The notes under the pieces were generated by a model. The model was not told the origin of the DNA and searched no databases. It worked only from the letters and a program-made list of their open reading frames with translations. 64,000 nt of DNA, taken from Lepidodermella squamata. Taxonomy: Eukaryota > Animalia > Gastrotricha. This document shows, one piece after another, positions 62,710-64,000 of the stretch (its first letter is position 1; each line of letters starts with the position of its first letter). Location: positions 1,116,001 to 1,180,000 of the forward strand of contig JBLDXI010000032.1 in assembly GCA_047495785.1 (NCBI GenBank), read 5' to 3'. Position numbers and translations under genes: made by a program.

Positions 62710-63757
62710 TTACTCGTCTTGTGAAATCAACTCAGCCGGAGCATTTCTTGCGATGTAATCTTCAAACTTAGCAAGCAAATCACGGTCAGTGAAGTAATTC
62801 CGCCAATCACCGATTTGGCCCTTGCGAATGAACTCAAACTTCTTACCATCAGGCTTAAATGAAAAGTAATTAGGAAGGCGGAGGTTATGATAGAACCGAA
62901 ACTATACTTACCCTCTTCATTAGAAATGAGTTGAAGTCATCATTTTGCTTCATTGATTCGAATTTGCTCCTCTCGATAATTTCGTCGATGATTTCTTCCT
63001 TCAAGTCTTCGCCGAGGAATTCGGCAACGCGTTTTATCGTCGACCGTGTCTCTTTCTTCAGCTCCTCGTACTTGACGAACAAAATAGGTCTGCCTTGTTG
63101 TTTCAGCTCCAATATCTCCCTCAAGTGGTTAGGATAAGGCCCCCAGAAAACTTCCCCCTTCAAAAAATATTCTTCGATAAATTGTTCGAACGAAGCATCG
63201 AAAGGCCATGCTGACATGCCGATGTAGTGATGGTACATTGACACGGCAACATCTTTCGGATTTCGCACCAAATATATCACTTTCCCGTTGAATATATTCC
63301 GCGGGAGTAAACACCCTGGCATATGCGAACAAAAAATTCTTGGCGAATCAAGTTGGGCGTAAAATTTCAGTGAATTAGGCGCATGCCGAGTTTCGAGGAG
63401 TGGAAATTTCATGTGGTCCGGAATGCTGCCGAAATTGCCGGTCTTAATCATGTAGATTATGTAATACAACCAGTTGGTACCTGTCGAAATTGATACATAA
63501 ACTGCCCTAGCTTCGATGATCGATTAAAGCTTACCGCTTTTAGGGAAGGTTAATAGGGTCACATCGTCCTTTGCGAAAGGGAAGTTGTACATTTCATTCC
63601 AAATCAATGGAATATTAGGCCAGAGCCAATGGCCTCGTATCAGAACAAGCGGTGGCCCATGTGATTGGTTGCCTAATAGGGCTAAACTCTTGAGGCACTC
63701 AAAATAAGTCATTTCTCGAGGATTTTTGTCCCTTAAGGAGTCTTCTTCCTTGTCCAT
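62710..63757 (-). CDS. Cytosolic sulfotransferase, copy 3
   Basis: Same PAPS-binding motifs and exon structure as copy 1. Confidence 0.9.
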
Positions 63758-64000
63758 TATCAGCGCTCGAGAAATATGAGATGAAAATTATGACTTCAGT
63801 AAAACCAACGTGTATTATCGCTTAGACAATAGATAAAGGACTAACATGATAGGACTCAAAAGCATTGATAACTTTGTTGCAGAAATTTCGAGCATTAATT
63901 TTCTGTTTTGTTTGCACCAATAGCCAGCTATTTTCTGGAATTCGGAATAGGAATTGTCGATATAATATTATTTTATTCTCGCTCATACAATAGATTTTCA

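Noticed and set aside
59289-63757. Sulfotransferases as tyrosine-sulfating enzymes for the peptide cluster
   Set aside because: They are cytosolic-type SULTs with no Golgi anchor, whereas peptide Tyr sulfation is done by TPSTs.

Overview
Gene-dense genomic DNA from an animal, probably a compact-genome invertebrate. It is AT-rich with mostly 49-61 bp GT-AG introns, so most ORF-track entries are single exons or antisense noise; I spliced the gene models by eye. Four zones. (1) 1-17.7 kb is transposon-rich: an intron-containing Sola-type DDD transposase, MITEs, LINE fragments and several orphan membrane-protein genes (NEMP/TMEM194-like, a duplicated pair of tiny Cys-rich type III membrane proteins, a TM/coiled-coil/CXC gene). 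(2) 18-38.3 kb is a tandem array of four p300/CBP HAT-domain-only paralogs that appear to lack the catalytic residues, plus the two ends of a fifth copy flanking a kinase-ankyrin gene. (3) 40.9-48.1 kb is the main highlight: nine consecutive minus-strand, two-exon prepropeptide genes (signal peptide, acidic pro-region, one phase-1 intron, basic cleavage and amidation sites, hypervariable mature peptides), next to a 5'-truncated LINE. (4) 48.3-63.8 kb holds more ordinary genes: a GPI-anchored Ig-like protein, a TyrB10/GlnE7 globin, DHDH, a TRPM-like channel and three cytosolic sulfotransferases. Family calls come from motif recognition, not database searches. The species cannot be identified from this window.
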